Assembly: GCA_038231455.1 (NCBI GenBank)
Contig: JBBRLI010000006.1
Coordinates: 32,001-96,000 of the forward strand
DNA: 64,000 nucleotides
Direction: 5' to 3'
Source: Vulcanimicrobiales bacterium
GTDB lineage: Bacteria; Vulcanimicrobiota; Vulcanimicrobiia; Vulcanimicrobiales; Vulcanimicrobiaceae
Made by a program: the position numbers and the translations under genes. Shown one piece after another: positions 8,584-19,069 of this stretch. Each line of letters begins with the position of its first letter. Positions within the stretch are counted from its first letter, which is position 1. Below the pieces are notes generated by a model. It was not told the DNA's origin and made no database searches. It was given only the letters and a program-made list of their open reading frames with translations.

Positions 8584-10980
8584 TTGCGCGTAGAGGGCGT
8601 GTCCGCCCCCGACGCGCAAACCCGAGGCGTGGGAACACGCATCCGCGAGCGCGTGGCGCTGTTGTTCGCGATTCCATTTCTGCTCTTAGCCCTTATTCTC
8701 GGCGGGGCTCTTTGGCTTGTCGTCGTCTCCGATGCAACAGCGCGTGAAGGGCAGAACGCAACGACGGTGATCACGGCTGCAGAAGCCGTGCTCGCCAACC
8801 TGCTCGATGACGAAACGGGCGCGCGCGGCTACGTCCTCACGCAAAACCCGCAGTTTCTCGGCCCGTACTCCTTGGCTCGGCGAGAACTCGATGTGCGGCT
8901 CACCGAGCTCCGGCATATGGTGGATGCGAATGAGTCGATCGGACCGGCGGTGGAGGCGATCGGCGCCTCGGCGGGCAGCGAACTCTCGATTCTCGACTAT
9001 TATGTGAAACTTCAGAGAACCGGACATCACGCGGCTGCCGTTTCAGCCGTTGCCTCGCGCGGCGGGATGCTCGAGATGGAACGCTTGCGTGTGCTCGTCA
9101 AAGCGATTGCCGATCGCGAATATGCACATCGTTTCGATGCCCGCTCGCGCCTTGCCATCGAGCAGCGGCTTGCGATCGTCGTGCTCGCCCTCGCAACGGT
9201 GCTTGGATTCGTGCTGGTACTCGTGCTCAATGGGACGGTAGCGCGACTCATCGTCGGACGCATCGAGCGCATCGCTGCCAACACCAAGCGCTTCTCGGCG
9301 GGCGAGGAGATGTCGCCGCCGCTTGCCGGAAATGACGAGATCGCGCAACTCGATGCCTCATTGCACGCAATGGCCGCGCTCCTTCGCGATCGGCAACGGG
9401 CCGTGGATGCGGCCCTCGAAGAAGCCGTTTCGGCTTCGCGTCTCAAAAGCGAATTTGTTGCAACGATGAGTCACGAGATTCGCACCCCGATGAACGGCGT
9501 GATCGGCATGACCGAACTCTTGCTCGAAACCGATCTTTCATCCGAACAGCGCGAATTCGCTATTACGGTTCGCGATTCGGGTCAAGCCCTCTTACGCGTC
9601 ATCAACGACATCCTGGACTTCTCGAAAATCGAAGCCGGCCACCTCGAGCTCGAAGAAGCGGATTTCGAGGTCATTAGTACGGTCGAATCGGTTGCCGCAC
9701 TCCTCATGCCGCAAGCGAATGCCAAGAACGTCGTCCTCACAACGCACTTCGAGGCCGCCGTGCCGCCGGTCGTCGGCGGCGATCCGGGACGTGTTCGGCA
9801 AGTCCTTCTCAATCTTGTCGGCAATGCGATTAAGTTCACCGATCGCGGGAGCGTCGTCGTCTCGGTGTCGCTTGCCGAGCAGACGATCCGTTACACGACC
9901 TTGCGATTTACGATCAAAGACAGCGGTATCGGAATCAATCGCGAAACGCGCGAACTCTTATTCGAACCATTCCGTCAAGTCGACGGTACGACGACGCGCC
10001 GTTACGGCGGGACGGGCCTCGGCCTTTCGATCTCCAAACGTTTGGTGGAATTGATGGGCGGCGAAATCGTCGTCGAGAGTTTGCCGGGAATGGGATCGAC
10101 GTTTTCGTTTGCGGTGCGCTTCCGAAGTCGCGATGCGACATCCGTGCCGCGCACCTCAGCCGACGTCCGCGGTCTGCGCGCAATCGTCATCGATGACGAT
10201 GCGGCCTCACGCGAGGTGCTCGCAAGCTACCTCAAGGCGTGGGGGCTCCGCGCCGAGTCCTTCGGCGAGCCGAGCGTGGGTCTCGAGCGCATGCGCGCGC
10301 GTGCGGCGGATGGGGAGCCGTTCGATATCGGCGTGATCGATTACGCGATGCCGGAGCTTGATGGTTTCGCACTCGCCGCGACGATCCGCGAGGATGTGAA
10401 CCTTCGGGCGATGCGGCTCATCCTTGCAACAGCGCATGACGAAGAAGGTTTGGGCTCGCGGACGCGCGCGGCCGGCTTCTCCGCCTGTCTCATTAAACCG
10501 GTCCGTCAGTCGCAGCTCTTCGATGCGATCGTGAGTGCGCGAACGCCACGCGCGCTAAGCGACGTGCCCGCGTTCCTTCCGACGATCTCCTTACATGCAA
10601 AATCGCCCGGCGCGCGTATTCTGCTCGTTGAGGACAACCTCGTCAATCAGCGTGTCGCCATGCGTCAGTTGCAGCGCTTCGGGTATTCGGCCGACATCGT
10701 CGACAATGGGCGTGCGGCCGTCGATGCACTCGTCGCACAATCGTACGATTTGATTTTGATGGATTGCCATATGCCCGAGATGGACGGCTTTGAGGCGACC
10801 GTCGCGATCCGCAAACGCGAAGTGCAATCGAAACGCCGCGTGCCGATCGTTGCGATGACGGCAAACGCGCGCCGTGAAGATCGCGACGCGTGTCTTGCGG
10901 TGGGGATGGACGACTATCTTGCCAAACCCGTTGCGCTTGCGGATCTGCAGCGGATCCTCGAAGCGTGGCTGCCGACGTAA
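8584..10980 (+). CDS. Hybrid sensor histidine kinase (CHASE3-HAMP-HisKA-HATPase-REC-REC)
   Basis: [10 protein letters not shown] (CHASE3), [28 protein letters not shown], two receiver domains. Confidence 0.95.
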   Translation: MRVEGVSAPDAQTRGVGTRIRERVALLFAIPFLLLALILGGALWLVVVSDATAREGQNATTVITAAEAVLANLLDDETGARGYVLTQNPQFLGPYSLARRELDVRLTELRHMVDANESIGPAVEAIGASAGSELSILDYYVKLQRTGHHAAAVSAVASRGGMLEMERLRVLVKAIADREYAHRFDARSRLAIEQRLAIVVLALATVLGFVLVLVLNGTVARLIVGRIERIAANTKRFSAGEEMSPPLAGNDEIAQLDASLHAMAALLRDRQRAVDAALEEAVSASRLKSEFVATMSHEIRTPMNGVIGMTELLLETDLSSEQREFAITVRDSGQALLRVINDILDFSKIEAGHLELEEADFEVISTVESVAALLMPQANAKNVVLTTHFEAAVPPVVGGDPGRVRQVLLNLVGNAIKFTDRGSVVVSVSLAEQTIRYTTLRFTIKDSGIGINRETRELLFEPFRQVDGTTTRRYGGTGLGLSISKRLVELMGGEIVVESLPGMGSTFSFAVRFRSRDATSVPRTSADVRGLRAIVIDDDAASREVLASYLKAWGLRAESFGEPSVGLERMRARAADGEPFDIGVIDYAMPELDGFALAATIREDVNLRAMRLILATAHDEEGLGSRTRAAGFSACLIKPVRQSQLFDAIVSARTPRALSDVPAFLPTISLHAKSPGARILLVEDNLVNQRVAMRQLQRFGYSADIVDNGRAAVDALVAQSYDLILMDCHMPEMDGFEATVAIRKREVQSKRRVPIVAMTANARREDRDACLAVGMDDYLAKPVALADLQRILEAWLPT

Positions 10981-10983
10981 GGG

Positions 10984-11409
10984 CTAGAAACGCAGGCGTT
11001 GTTTTGCGGAGAGCTTCACGATGACCGCATGCATCTCGATAATCGTGCGCTTATCGGGGAGTTCGATCTCGCGCATCACTGCGCGACACCGTGCCAGGAC
11101 GCTCCGATAGTCGGCGTTGAGCGTCTCGTTGCCCCATGCCGGTGAGATACGGAGTGGTTCGTCGATTTCGATCGTGCAGTGTGGGTCACGCGCGAGCAGT
11201 GAGGCAAGTCGACCGCTGCGCGAGAAATTCATCACGAATGCACGGCCGTCGAAGCGATAGGATTGGGCGACCACATAGGGCCAGGTGTCGTCGTTGACGC
11301 CGATGCGGCACACGCGCTCGCGTTCGACGAAGGCGCGAACCTCGGGCCAATCGTTCCAGGCAAGGTCTTCGCGGCGCGTGTCGCTCTCAAAAAAATCAGG
11401 GACCGCCAT
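10984..11409 (-). CDS. Pyridoxamine 5'-phosphate oxidase-like (FMN split-barrel) protein
   Basis: VCRIG...PYVV...DYRSVL...LSAK pattern. Confidence 0.7.
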   Translation of the reverse strand: MAVPDFFESDTRREDLAWNDWPEVRAFVERERVCRIGVNDDTWPYVVAQSYRFDGRAFVMNFSRSGRLASLLARDPHCTIEIDEPLRISPAWGNETLNADYRSVLARCRAVMREIELPDKRTIIEMHAVIVKLSAKQRLRF

Positions 11410-11418
11410 ACGTCGCCT

Positions 11419-12453
11419 TTAGGCGCTCGCTCGTGGCCTACCCGTTGATTGGCGGATGCGGAGTTCGACGGAAATCGATTCGATCAGTGGTTCTGGGGTT
11501 GCTTCGTGAAGTGCGCGAGACATCGCGCGAGCACCGAGTTCGCGCAGCGGAACGTGGACCGTCGTCAGACCTGGCGTGACGTCGCCCGCCGCCGGAATGT
11601 CGTCGAAACCGCAGAGCGACATCTGCTCGGGCACGCTGATTCCGCGTTCGCGGAGGTCGAGGAGCGCGCCGATCGCCATCTCGTCGTTGAGTGCGAGAAG
11701 TGCGGTAATTGTCGGATCGTGATCGAGCAGCGTCATCGCCGCCGCGCGTCCGGAATCGCGCGTGAAGTCACCATCGACGATGTGATCCGGTGCGAGGACG
11801 ATTCCCGCGCGTACGAATGCATCGCGCACGCCGTCGAGGCGGTCGTGGCTGGTCGTGAGAATCGGCGGGCCGCCGATCACGCCGATGTTGCGATGACCCA
11901 GATCCAGGAGATGTTGCGCGATCGCACGACCGCCGGCAACGTTATCTGGGACGATGGCATCGGCTGCTGCGTGGTGTCGGCCAATCAGCACGGCGCGTCC
12001 GCCCGAGGCGGTAAATCCCTCGAGTGCATCGAGAATCTGCTGGTTGTAATCGAAGTCGTGCAAACCGGACCCCGCCATGATCAGGGCACTCGCGCGGTGC
12101 GCTTGCATCAAGGTGACGTAGTCGATTTCGCGTGCCGGTTCGCGATGGCTATTGCACACCAGGAGCGACCGTCCCGCGGCTTCGGCCATGCTCTCGATGC
12201 CGCGCAAGACTTCGCTGAAGTACGGGCCGCCGATATCGTGGACAATGACGCCGACGATGGATGAGCGCGAGCGGGCGAGGGCCTGCGCGTTCGCGTTACG
12301 GACGTAGTGCATCGCGCGCGCGGCAACCATGACCTGCTCGCGAAGCGGCCCGCTGACCTTACGATCGCTGCCGTTGATGACGCGTGAAGCCGTCGCGAGT
12401 GATACACCCGCGAGTTTGGCCACGTCCATAAGCGTGACCGGTCCCTTATTCAT
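11419..12453 (-). CDS. LacI family transcriptional regulator
   Basis: TLMDVAKLAGVSLATASRVING HTH; GFDD, LTTV motifs. Confidence 0.96.
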   Translation of the reverse strand: MNKGPVTLMDVAKLAGVSLATASRVINGSDRKVSGPLREQVMVAARAMHYVRNANAQALARSRSSIVGVIVHDIGGPYFSEVLRGIESMAEAAGRSLLVCNSHREPAREIDYVTLMQAHRASALIMAGSGLHDFDYNQQILDALEGFTASGGRAVLIGRHHAAADAIVPDNVAGGRAIAQHLLDLGHRNIGVIGGPPILTTSHDRLDGVRDAFVRAGIVLAPDHIVDGDFTRDSGRAAAMTLLDHDPTITALLALNDEMAIGALLDLRERGISVPEQMSLCGFDDIPAAGDVTPGLTTVHVPLRELGARAMSRALHEATPEPLIESISVELRIRQSTGRPRASA

Positions 12454-12481
12454 GCGGCGTCCTTCGACGCTCGCTTGCTAC

Positions 12482-13015
12482 TTACCGCGTGATGGAGGCC
12501 ATGAATTCTGAGATTGTCCTGGTGACCTGGATTATTAACCGATTTCTCATGTTGACAAACCCGTCTTCGACCGCCCGGTCGAACATGGCGATCAAGGGCT
12601 CGTAGTACCCGTTGACGTCGAGCAAGTAGCACGGCTTGGCTTGGATCCCGAGTTGAACCCAGGTCACGGCCTCGCAAAACTCTTCGAACGTCCCAAATCC
12701 CCCCGGCAACGCGACGAAGCCGTCGGAGAGGTCGGCCATGAGGGCTTTGCGCTCGTGCATGGACTCCACGACATGCAACTGCGTAAGCCCCGCATGCGCG
12801 ACTTCACGCTCGGCGAGCGTCCGCGGGATCACCCCGATGACCGTACCACCGGCGGCTAAGACCGCATCGGCAACCGCGCCCATCAAACCGACATGGCCCC
12901 CGCCGTAGACGAGTTCGATCTTCGCAGCGGCGAGCGCCGTACCGAGTTCGATCGCGGCGGCGCGGTAGACCGGATTCGTGCCGGCGCTCGAACCGCAAAA
13001 AACGCACCAGCGCAT
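12482..13015 (-). CDS. LOG family nucleotide phosphoribohydrolase
   Basis: VYGGGHVGLMG, MHERKALM, PGGFGTFEE. Confidence 0.95.
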   Translation of the reverse strand: MRWCVFCGSSAGTNPVYRAAAIELGTALAAAKIELVYGGGHVGLMGAVADAVLAAGGTVIGVIPRTLAEREVAHAGLTQLHVVESMHERKALMADLSDGFVALPGGFGTFEEFCEAVTWVQLGIQAKPCYLLDVNGYYEPLIAMFDRAVEDGFVNMRNRLIIQVTRTISEFMASITR

Positions 13016-13306
13016 CTAGTCTCCGATCGGTTCGCAAAGCACGACGACGCGGTTTGTCGCAAGCGTGCGAATACCATTGATACCGAGTTCTTTGAAATGC
13101 GGTTCTTCATAGTGCGCGTCGAGCGCCGCTCGATCGCGCCACTGCTCGTACAAGAAAAACGTCGACGGTTCGGTCGTGCTTCGATGCACGACATACATGA
13201 GGCAACCCGCTTCTTTGCGCGAAGCGGCGCCGAGCTTGCGAAAGAGTTCGATCGCGGCGTCGCTGTGCATCTCCGGAATCGTGTAGGTGACGGCGTTGAC
13301 GAGCAC
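13016..13306 (-). CDS. ABM-family (putative quinol) monooxygenase
   Basis: SRKEAGCLMY...FFLYEQW...AALDAH...PHF. Confidence 0.88.
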   Translation of the reverse strand: MLVNAVTYTIPEMHSDAAIELFRKLGAASRKEAGCLMYVVHRSTTEPSTFFLYEQWRDRAALDAHYEEPHFKELGINGIRTLATNRVVVLCEPIGD

Positions 13307-13319
13307 GGAGGTCTCCCGT

Positions 13320-13349
13320 AAAAAAGCGAGGCGCTTGCGCGCCTCGCTT
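13320..13349 (-). terminator. Intrinsic terminator downstream of kamA
   Basis: Minus strand AAGCGAGGCGC-GCAA-GCGCCTCGCTT plus T-run. Confidence 0.85.
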
Positions 13350-13380
13350 GCCTACCCAGCCCAAGTAGGGAAACCCTGCG

Positions 13381-14742
13381 CTAAACGAGCGCTTCGATGT
13401 TTCCGCCCGCGCGTGCGAGGGCGTCGGCGATCATGGCTTCTTGGATCTGCGGCGACTGCCAGCGCGCTTGCGCTGCAAGCGAGAGCGTGTCGATCGGATC
13501 GAAGTAGAGAAAATACTTCCCGGGCTTGACGCTCGGCGCGGTATACACCGCGATCCCGTTTTCGCGATCGTAATAGTCGAAGCTGTGCACGTCGCGTTTG
13601 CCGCCGCCGCCGGGCGCATCGCAGATGAACGTGGGCGTGTTGAAACCGGCGGTCGATCCGCGCACGAATTTCTCGATGTCGACCGACGTCTGGATCGAGG
13701 TGCGCAGCTCCTCAACGCCCTTAACGAGGTCGTGCATGTAGACGTAATACGGATGCACGTTGATGTAACTCAATCGTTTGACGAGCTGCTGCATCACGTA
13801 TTTATCGTCGTTGACGCCGCGGATGAGCACGCTCTGATTGCGCACGTACACGCCGCGCTCGAAGAGCACGCGCATCGCCCGCTCGGTGATCCAGCTGATT
13901 TCATTTGGCGAGTTGAAGTGCGTATGCAGCACGACTTCTTTGCCGAGCGCGCGACCCTGATCGACGATCGAAACGAGCGCGTCCGTCCACGCCGTATCGG
14001 TGAGAATTTTCATCGGCATCACGGCCGGCCCTTTGGTCGCAAAACGCATGCGCCGCACGTGCGGGATTGCAAGCAAGGCTTCGCCGATCATCTTGAGCGA
14101 CTTCGGGGCGAGCTGATACGTATCGCCGCCCGAGATCACGATGTCTTCGAGTTCCGGCCGGGAGGCGATGTAGTCGAAGGCGTCTTGCCAATCTTTGGGC
14201 GTCTTCGCCAGCGGCACTTTGTCGACGGTATCGGTATCGGCGCCGATTGCATACGAACGCGTGCAAAAGCGGCAGTAGACCGGGCACACGTTGAGCGGCA
14301 AGAAGAGCGCTTTGTCGACATACCGGTGGACGAGGCCCGGCACCGGGGAGTCGTCTTGTTCGTGCAGCGAGTCGAGGGCCAGACGCGGGTGATCGGTCAG
14401 CAGCATCGATGCGACCGGAATGAACTGCGTGCGGATCGGATCGGTGTACGGATGCGCCCAATCGATGGAGGCGATCAGATACGGCGAGACGCGTACGGCC
14501 ATCGGCGCGCGATGAAAGCCTTCGCGCACGTCGTCGAAAAATTCCGGCGCGACGAGATCTTTGATCGTATCGAGCAACTCGTCCGTCGTCTTGACCGAAT
14601 TTTGACCCTGCCAGATGTGGCTTAGGAACGTTGCCTCATCGATCTGCGCGTACTTGGGGATCGTGCGCCAGAACTCACCTTGGCGCAGATTCCGATGATC
14701 GAGGGTGGCCGGATCGATAGGCGGTTTGACGACGTGGTTCAC
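13381..14742 (-). CDS. kamA: Lysine 2,3-aminomutase (KamA family radical SAM/PLP)
   Basis: GLVHRY, CPVYCRFCTR, SGGD, NQSVLIRGVND, DAPGGGGK (PLP lysine). Confidence 0.9.
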   Translation of the reverse strand: MNHVVKPPIDPATLDHRNLRQGEFWRTIPKYAQIDEATFLSHIWQGQNSVKTTDELLDTIKDLVAPEFFDDVREGFHRAPMAVRVSPYLIASIDWAHPYTDPIRTQFIPVASMLLTDHPRLALDSLHEQDDSPVPGLVHRYVDKALFLPLNVCPVYCRFCTRSYAIGADTDTVDKVPLAKTPKDWQDAFDYIASRPELEDIVISGGDTYQLAPKSLKMIGEALLAIPHVRRMRFATKGPAVMPMKILTDTAWTDALVSIVDQGRALGKEVVLHTHFNSPNEISWITERAMRVLFERGVYVRNQSVLIRGVNDDKYVMQQLVKRLSYINVHPYYVYMHDLVKGVEELRTSIQTSVDIEKFVRGSTAGFNTPTFICDAPGGGGKRDVHSFDYYDRENGIAVYTAPSVKPGKYFLYFDPIDTLSLAAQARWQSPQIQEAMIADALARAGGNIEALV

Positions 14743-15815
14743 AAGCGAGCTCCATACCGTGTCGAGAAATAGGCCAGGATAGCGGGGTGGTCGCGCAGCG
14801 TCTGGAGGGCGACTGCGGCGTGATTTTTGGCGTAGCCGTTGCCGACGATCATGGTCACGTCTTTTCCAACACCTTCGGCACCCAGTGCGGCTGCGGTGAA
14901 CGACGTGCTCATCGAAAAGAAATAGACTGTGCCTTCATCTTTGGCACACAGGATCGACGTGAGTTCGGTCCCGGCAACGTTGACGCAGTTGACGACGAGG
15001 TCGGCGAGTTCGGGCAGTACGTTTGGTATGACGTCGAGCATCGCGATTGCATCGCGCGCGTCAAGCTCGACCAGCTCGTCGACGTAGCCGCCCGCGAGAA
15101 GCAGCTGCGCGGACTCCGTCGCGCGGCTCGGAACGATGCCGACTACCCGACCATCGAAGCCAACGCGATCGCGCGCTTGGACGCAGGAAAGCAAGCCGCT
15201 TTTTCCATCCGCACCGATGACGACAACGGTTTGGCCGGGTTTTGCGAGGCGACGCACTTGCGCCGGCGCGCCCGCTACATCGAGTGTGGCAAGCGCAACG
15301 TCGGTTGGAATATCGTTTGGTAACTTTGCGTAGAGGCCGGTTGCAAAAAGAATCGCATAACCGCGAATCCACACGCGACCCGTGGCGGTATCGACGCCGA
15401 GCACTTCGTCGATATGCAGCGGCGTAAGCGTGAGCGAGACGAGCGATGCAATGCGGTCGCCGATCGCGATGCCGCTCCCGGGAAAATCTGCGCCGAGTGC
15501 GGCGATGCGTCCGACGAACATTCCGCCACTGCCGGTGACGGGGTTGTGCTGTTTGCCGCGCGCGCGCACGTTCGCCGCAATGTGCTCGCCGATTGCCGCG
15601 CCGTCGCCGCTACACGCTTCGCTGATCTGTCGGAACGACGCGCTATCGATGTTGAGCGCTTCGACTTCACACAGCATCTCGTTTGCGTGCGGCAGGGGTG
15701 TATTGTCCAGCCGCCAAGCGACTTGCGGCAACGCGCCGCGCGGTTCGAGAACGCGGTGCGACCCGAGGCGACAAATGCGCTCCGGCACGAACGGAAGCGT
15801 TGCCTCGTCGATCAT
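14739..15815 (-). CDS. kdd: L-erythro-3,5-diaminohexanoate dehydrogenase
   Basis: HRVLEPRGALPQ, LNIDSASF, RGKQHNPVTGSGGM, LDVAGAPAQV, FSMSTSFTAAALGAEGVGKD. Confidence 0.9.
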   Translation of the reverse strand: MIDEATLPFVPERICRLGSHRVLEPRGALPQVAWRLDNTPLPHANEMLCEVEALNIDSASFRQISEACSGDGAAIGEHIAANVRARGKQHNPVTGSGGMFVGRIAALGADFPGSGIAIGDRIASLVSLTLTPLHIDEVLGVDTATGRVWIRGYAILFATGLYAKLPNDIPTDVALATLDVAGAPAQVRRLAKPGQTVVVIGADGKSGLLSCVQARDRVGFDGRVVGIVPSRATESAQLLLAGGYVDELVELDARDAIAMLDVIPNVLPELADLVVNCVNVAGTELTSILCAKDEGTVYFFSMSTSFTAAALGAEGVGKDVTMIVGNGYAKNHAAVALQTLRDHPAILAYFSTRYGARL

Positions 15816-16285
15816 ACAATGTTCGCAACGGCGATGCCGCCGCGCTCGAACGGAGTGGAGAGAACGATCGTCGTTTTCGTGCGCGCCATGCCCGGGATAC
15901 GTTTCAGGCGCGAAAGCAAATCGTCGAGATGGTCGGTCGAGCGCGTGATGACCTTGAGGACGAATGACTCGTCACCGGCGACACTGTGCACCTCGACCAC
16001 TTCGGGGAGCGAGGCCACCGCCGTCGTGAAATCCTCGTAGCTCGTTTCGGGTCCGGTGAAGGCGCTCACGAACGCCGTCAACTCGTACCCCAGACGGCGG
16101 TTGTCGAGTTGTGCTGCGTAGCCCCGGAGGTAGCCCCGGCCCTCCATACGCTTCACGCGTTCGTGAACGGCGGGGGCTTTGAGCCCGACGAGCGTCCCGA
16201 GTTCCGCGAACGTCGAACGAGCGTTCTTCTGCAAGGCTTCAAGCAGTTGCAAGTCGAGACGGTCGAGCTCCGGATTCGCAATCAT
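15812..16285 (-). CDS. Lrp/AsnC family regulator
   Basis: LDRLDLQLLEALQKNAR...ERVKRME HTH; 4-nt overlap with kdd. Confidence 0.95.
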   Translation of the reverse strand: MIANPELDRLDLQLLEALQKNARSTFAELGTLVGLKAPAVHERVKRMEGRGYLRGYAAQLDNRRLGYELTAFVSAFTGPETSYEDFTTAVASLPEVVEVHSVAGDESFVLKVITRSTDHLDDLLSRLKRIPGMARTKTTIVLSTPFERGGIAVANIV

Positions 16286-16417
16286 CGTCGGTGTGACCGC
16301 CTATTGAACGGCAATTCGTTCGGCAAAGTAGGAGAGATGGGGCGTATCTGTTCGGCGCTGCTCCCCGAGGAACCTTGCCCCGGCAGGCTTTGGAGAACGC
16401 TGGAAAAAGTGCCGGAA

Positions 16418-17155
16418 ATGCCTTTGAAGATGCGCCTCTCACCGTTGATCTCGGTCCTCTCGCTTGCCGTCTCGATCATCCCGCCCTCGCTCCCGGCGCC
16501 GAGCCCGGACGAGACGCCGGCGCCGGCGCCCGCGCACTTTACGGTCGACGGTTCTTTTATCGCGGGCAGCTCGTCGACGATTTACGGAACCGGTCTCCAG
16601 TCAGCGGGGGCGACGTATCGTCTCTCGGCGACCGGCCGCTTCCCCAAACGAGACCGCAGCGATGGGCTCTATCTCAGTGGCGAGTACGACAATCAAAAAT
16701 TCTTGAACCAGCAAACGGGCGCGACGAGTTCGGATGCGTTCACCGAAGTCCGGGGCGGCGTTGCGATCCCAAGTGTCGGCGTGTACGTCGGTGCGGGCTA
16801 CCTCAACGAAAATCTCGGCGGCGGCTTCCCGCTCTCGGCGAACGGGGTGGGTCTTGGCTTTGAGAAATTGACCGAGATTCGGGCGCCGTTCACGTATTAT
16901 TTCAGCGCCTTCTATTATCCCAATCTCGCGGCGACGTCGGGTGCGCAAACGATCGGGGCAACCACATTTCCGGCGTCGAGCGTGAGCTTCAAACTGCTGC
17001 GCTACGGCATCGGCACGGTACTGAATTTCGGCCGCAGTCCGCTCTATTTCAATCTCGGCACGACGTACAATCAGGAGACGGTGAAAGGCTTCCCCAACGG
17101 CCGCGGTGACAACACGCGCTCGATCCAGTACGCGGGGCTGGGCCTCCGCTTCTGA
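16418..17155 (+). CDS. Putative outer-membrane beta-barrel protein
   Basis: Signal peptide, Pro linker, amphipathic Tyr/Gly-rich strands, C-terminal YAGLGLRF; start 16418 or 16430. Confidence 0.65.
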   Translation: MPLKMRLSPLISVLSLAVSIIPPSLPAPSPDETPAPAPAHFTVDGSFIAGSSSTIYGTGLQSAGATYRLSATGRFPKRDRSDGLYLSGEYDNQKFLNQQTGATSSDAFTEVRGGVAIPSVGVYVGAGYLNENLGGGFPLSANGVGLGFEKLTEIRAPFTYYFSAFYYPNLAATSGAQTIGATTFPASSVSFKLLRYGIGTVLNFGRSPLYFNLGTTYNQETVKGFPNGRGDNTRSIQYAGLGLRF

Positions 17156-17168
17156 TCGACACGTCGCA

Positions 17169-18800
17169 ATGAACGCGTTCGAACGCATCGCTCGTACCTT
17201 GCTCGCGTGCGCCATCGCCTCAGGTGTCGCGGCCTGTTCCCGCATCGCTTCTCCCAGCGGCGGTACCGCGCATGCAGACGGCGTTCGCTTCACGGTCACG
17301 AGCGATCCGGGAACGCTCGATCCGCTTTTCGCGCATGCCGACGCGAACGGCGTCGAAGCGCAACTCGCGCGCCTCGCGTTCGAGCCGTTCGTCGACATCG
17401 ACGAACGCGGTCAGCCCATTCCGATTCTGATCGAATCGATTCCGACGAAAACGAACGGTGGAATCTCGAGCGACGGCCTGACGCTCACCTATCATCTGCG
17501 GCACGGTGTGCGCTGGCACGATGGGCCCGAGGTGACGGCCGCGGATGTGCTCTTCACGCTGCGCGCGATTCGCGATGACCGCAATCCGATTCGCTCGCGC
17601 GCGGGCTACGACCGCATCGCAAAGGCGACATCACCCGATCCGTACACGGTGATCGTGCAACTCAAAGCGCCGTGGGCGCCGGCGGTGGCAACGCTGTTCT
17701 CCTATGGCACGGCGCCGCAGTACGTCTTGCCGGCACATCTCCTCGGAAAAGAACCCGATCTTGCGAAGAGCGCGTTCGGCGCGCACCCGATCGGCAACGG
17801 GCCGTATCGATTCGTCGCATGGCAACGCGGCGAGAGCGTGCGGTACGAAGCCAATCCGTCGTATTGGCGCGGCGCGCCGAAGATCGCGAAGATCGAAGCG
17901 CACATTGTCTCGGATCCCGGCACGAATCTCACGTTGCTCCGGACGGGCGAAGTCGATTGGAATTTGATCGCGCCCATCCAGCAGCAGACACTCGTCGGTC
18001 GCACCGATTTGCACTACCGGTACGTTCCGCTCGCGGTCGTCTTCGGGATCACGATCAATACGACGCACCCGCCCTTCGATGACGTGCGCGTCCGGCGAGC
18101 GCTGGCTGCATCGATCGATCGCGCTGGCATCTCGAAGAAGATCACATACGGCCGGTATCCGGTGATCGACACCGCGCAGCCGCTCTCGTCCTGGGCGCGC
18201 GATCCACTGGTAAAGCTTCCCGCGTACGACCCGCGCGCGGCCGATGCCCTGCTCGATGTGGCGGGTTGGCGACGCGGAGCCGACGGCATGCGTGCGAAGA
18301 ACGGCAAGCCGCTCTCGCCCTCGTACGTGCAATTCCCCGAGAGTACGACGGGGGTGCGCGCGGCAACCGTCATCCAAGCCGAACTCAAATTGCGCGGAAT
18401 CGCGATGAGCATCCGGTCCGTGCCCAACGCCCAGCTCTTCTTACCAAAATCACAGGGCGGGACGCTTGCCACGGGCGCGTACGACCTTGCCTACGTGCCG
18501 TGGCCGATGGGCGCCGATCCCGATGATAGCTTCATGTTTACGTGCGATGGCGCAGCCAATTACATGCGCTACTGTAACCGGACTGTCGATGCGCTTGAGA
18601 AGCGCGCCGTTGCCGCTTCGAGTCCCGACGAACGCAAGAGCCTCTACGCGAAGATCGAACGCCAGATCGCAAGCGACGTTCCCGTCGTCTATCTTTTCAA
18701 TCCATCTTACATCTACGCGTACCGTGATGGCCTCGGCGGTTTCTGGCCGAACGCATTCTCACCGACGTGGAACGCCGTCGACTGGAACAAACGACCGTGA
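17169..18800 (+). CDS. Peptide ABC transporter substrate-binding lipoprotein (family 5)
   Basis: Lipobox VAAC; LRHGVRWHDG, PIGNGPYRF, DVRVRRAL. Confidence 0.93.
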   Translation: MNAFERIARTLLACAIASGVAACSRIASPSGGTAHADGVRFTVTSDPGTLDPLFAHADANGVEAQLARLAFEPFVDIDERGQPIPILIESIPTKTNGGISSDGLTLTYHLRHGVRWHDGPEVTAADVLFTLRAIRDDRNPIRSRAGYDRIAKATSPDPYTVIVQLKAPWAPAVATLFSYGTAPQYVLPAHLLGKEPDLAKSAFGAHPIGNGPYRFVAWQRGESVRYEANPSYWRGAPKIAKIEAHIVSDPGTNLTLLRTGEVDWNLIAPIQQQTLVGRTDLHYRYVPLAVVFGITINTTHPPFDDVRVRRALAASIDRAGISKKITYGRYPVIDTAQPLSSWARDPLVKLPAYDPRAADALLDVAGWRRGADGMRAKNGKPLSPSYVQFPESTTGVRAATVIQAELKLRGIAMSIRSVPNAQLFLPKSQGGTLATGAYDLAYVPWPMGADPDDSFMFTCDGAANYMRYCNRTVDALEKRAVAASSPDERKSLYAKIERQIASDVPVVYLFNPSYIYAYRDGLGGFWPNAFSPTWNAVDWNKRP

Positions 18801-19063
18801 TCGCACGCATCATCGAAGCCGGCTATCTCTACGAACTCATCGGCCTCGGTTACTATATCTCGTTTCTCATCATGCAGCGACCAAAAAACCGCGAGCGCTT
18901 TTCGGTCCGCTCGCGGATTCTCACATTCGGCGCGTCTTTTGCGCTTGTGGCCTCGGTGCCGTTCGGCTACGCGCGCAGCACGCCGATCATCGGTCTTGTC
19001 ATCGTAGTTGCACTCGCCGCCATCGTCTCGACGTTCCTCGACGCACGCGGCGTCGCGCGCTAA
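18797..19063 (+). CDS. Small membrane protein
   Basis: GTGA overlap with upstream stop; three hydrophobic segments. Confidence 0.6.
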   Translation: MIARIIEAGYLYELIGLGYYISFLIMQRPKNRERFSVRSRILTFGASFALVASVPFGYARSTPIIGLVIVVALAAIVSTFLDARGVAR

Positions 19064-19069
19064 GCGCGC

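Noticed and set aside
13352-13376. SigB-like promoter GTTT...GGGTAG on the minus strand
   Set aside because: Only 13 nt between GTTT and GGGTA (15 at the KGG site) and it lies just upstream of a terminator.
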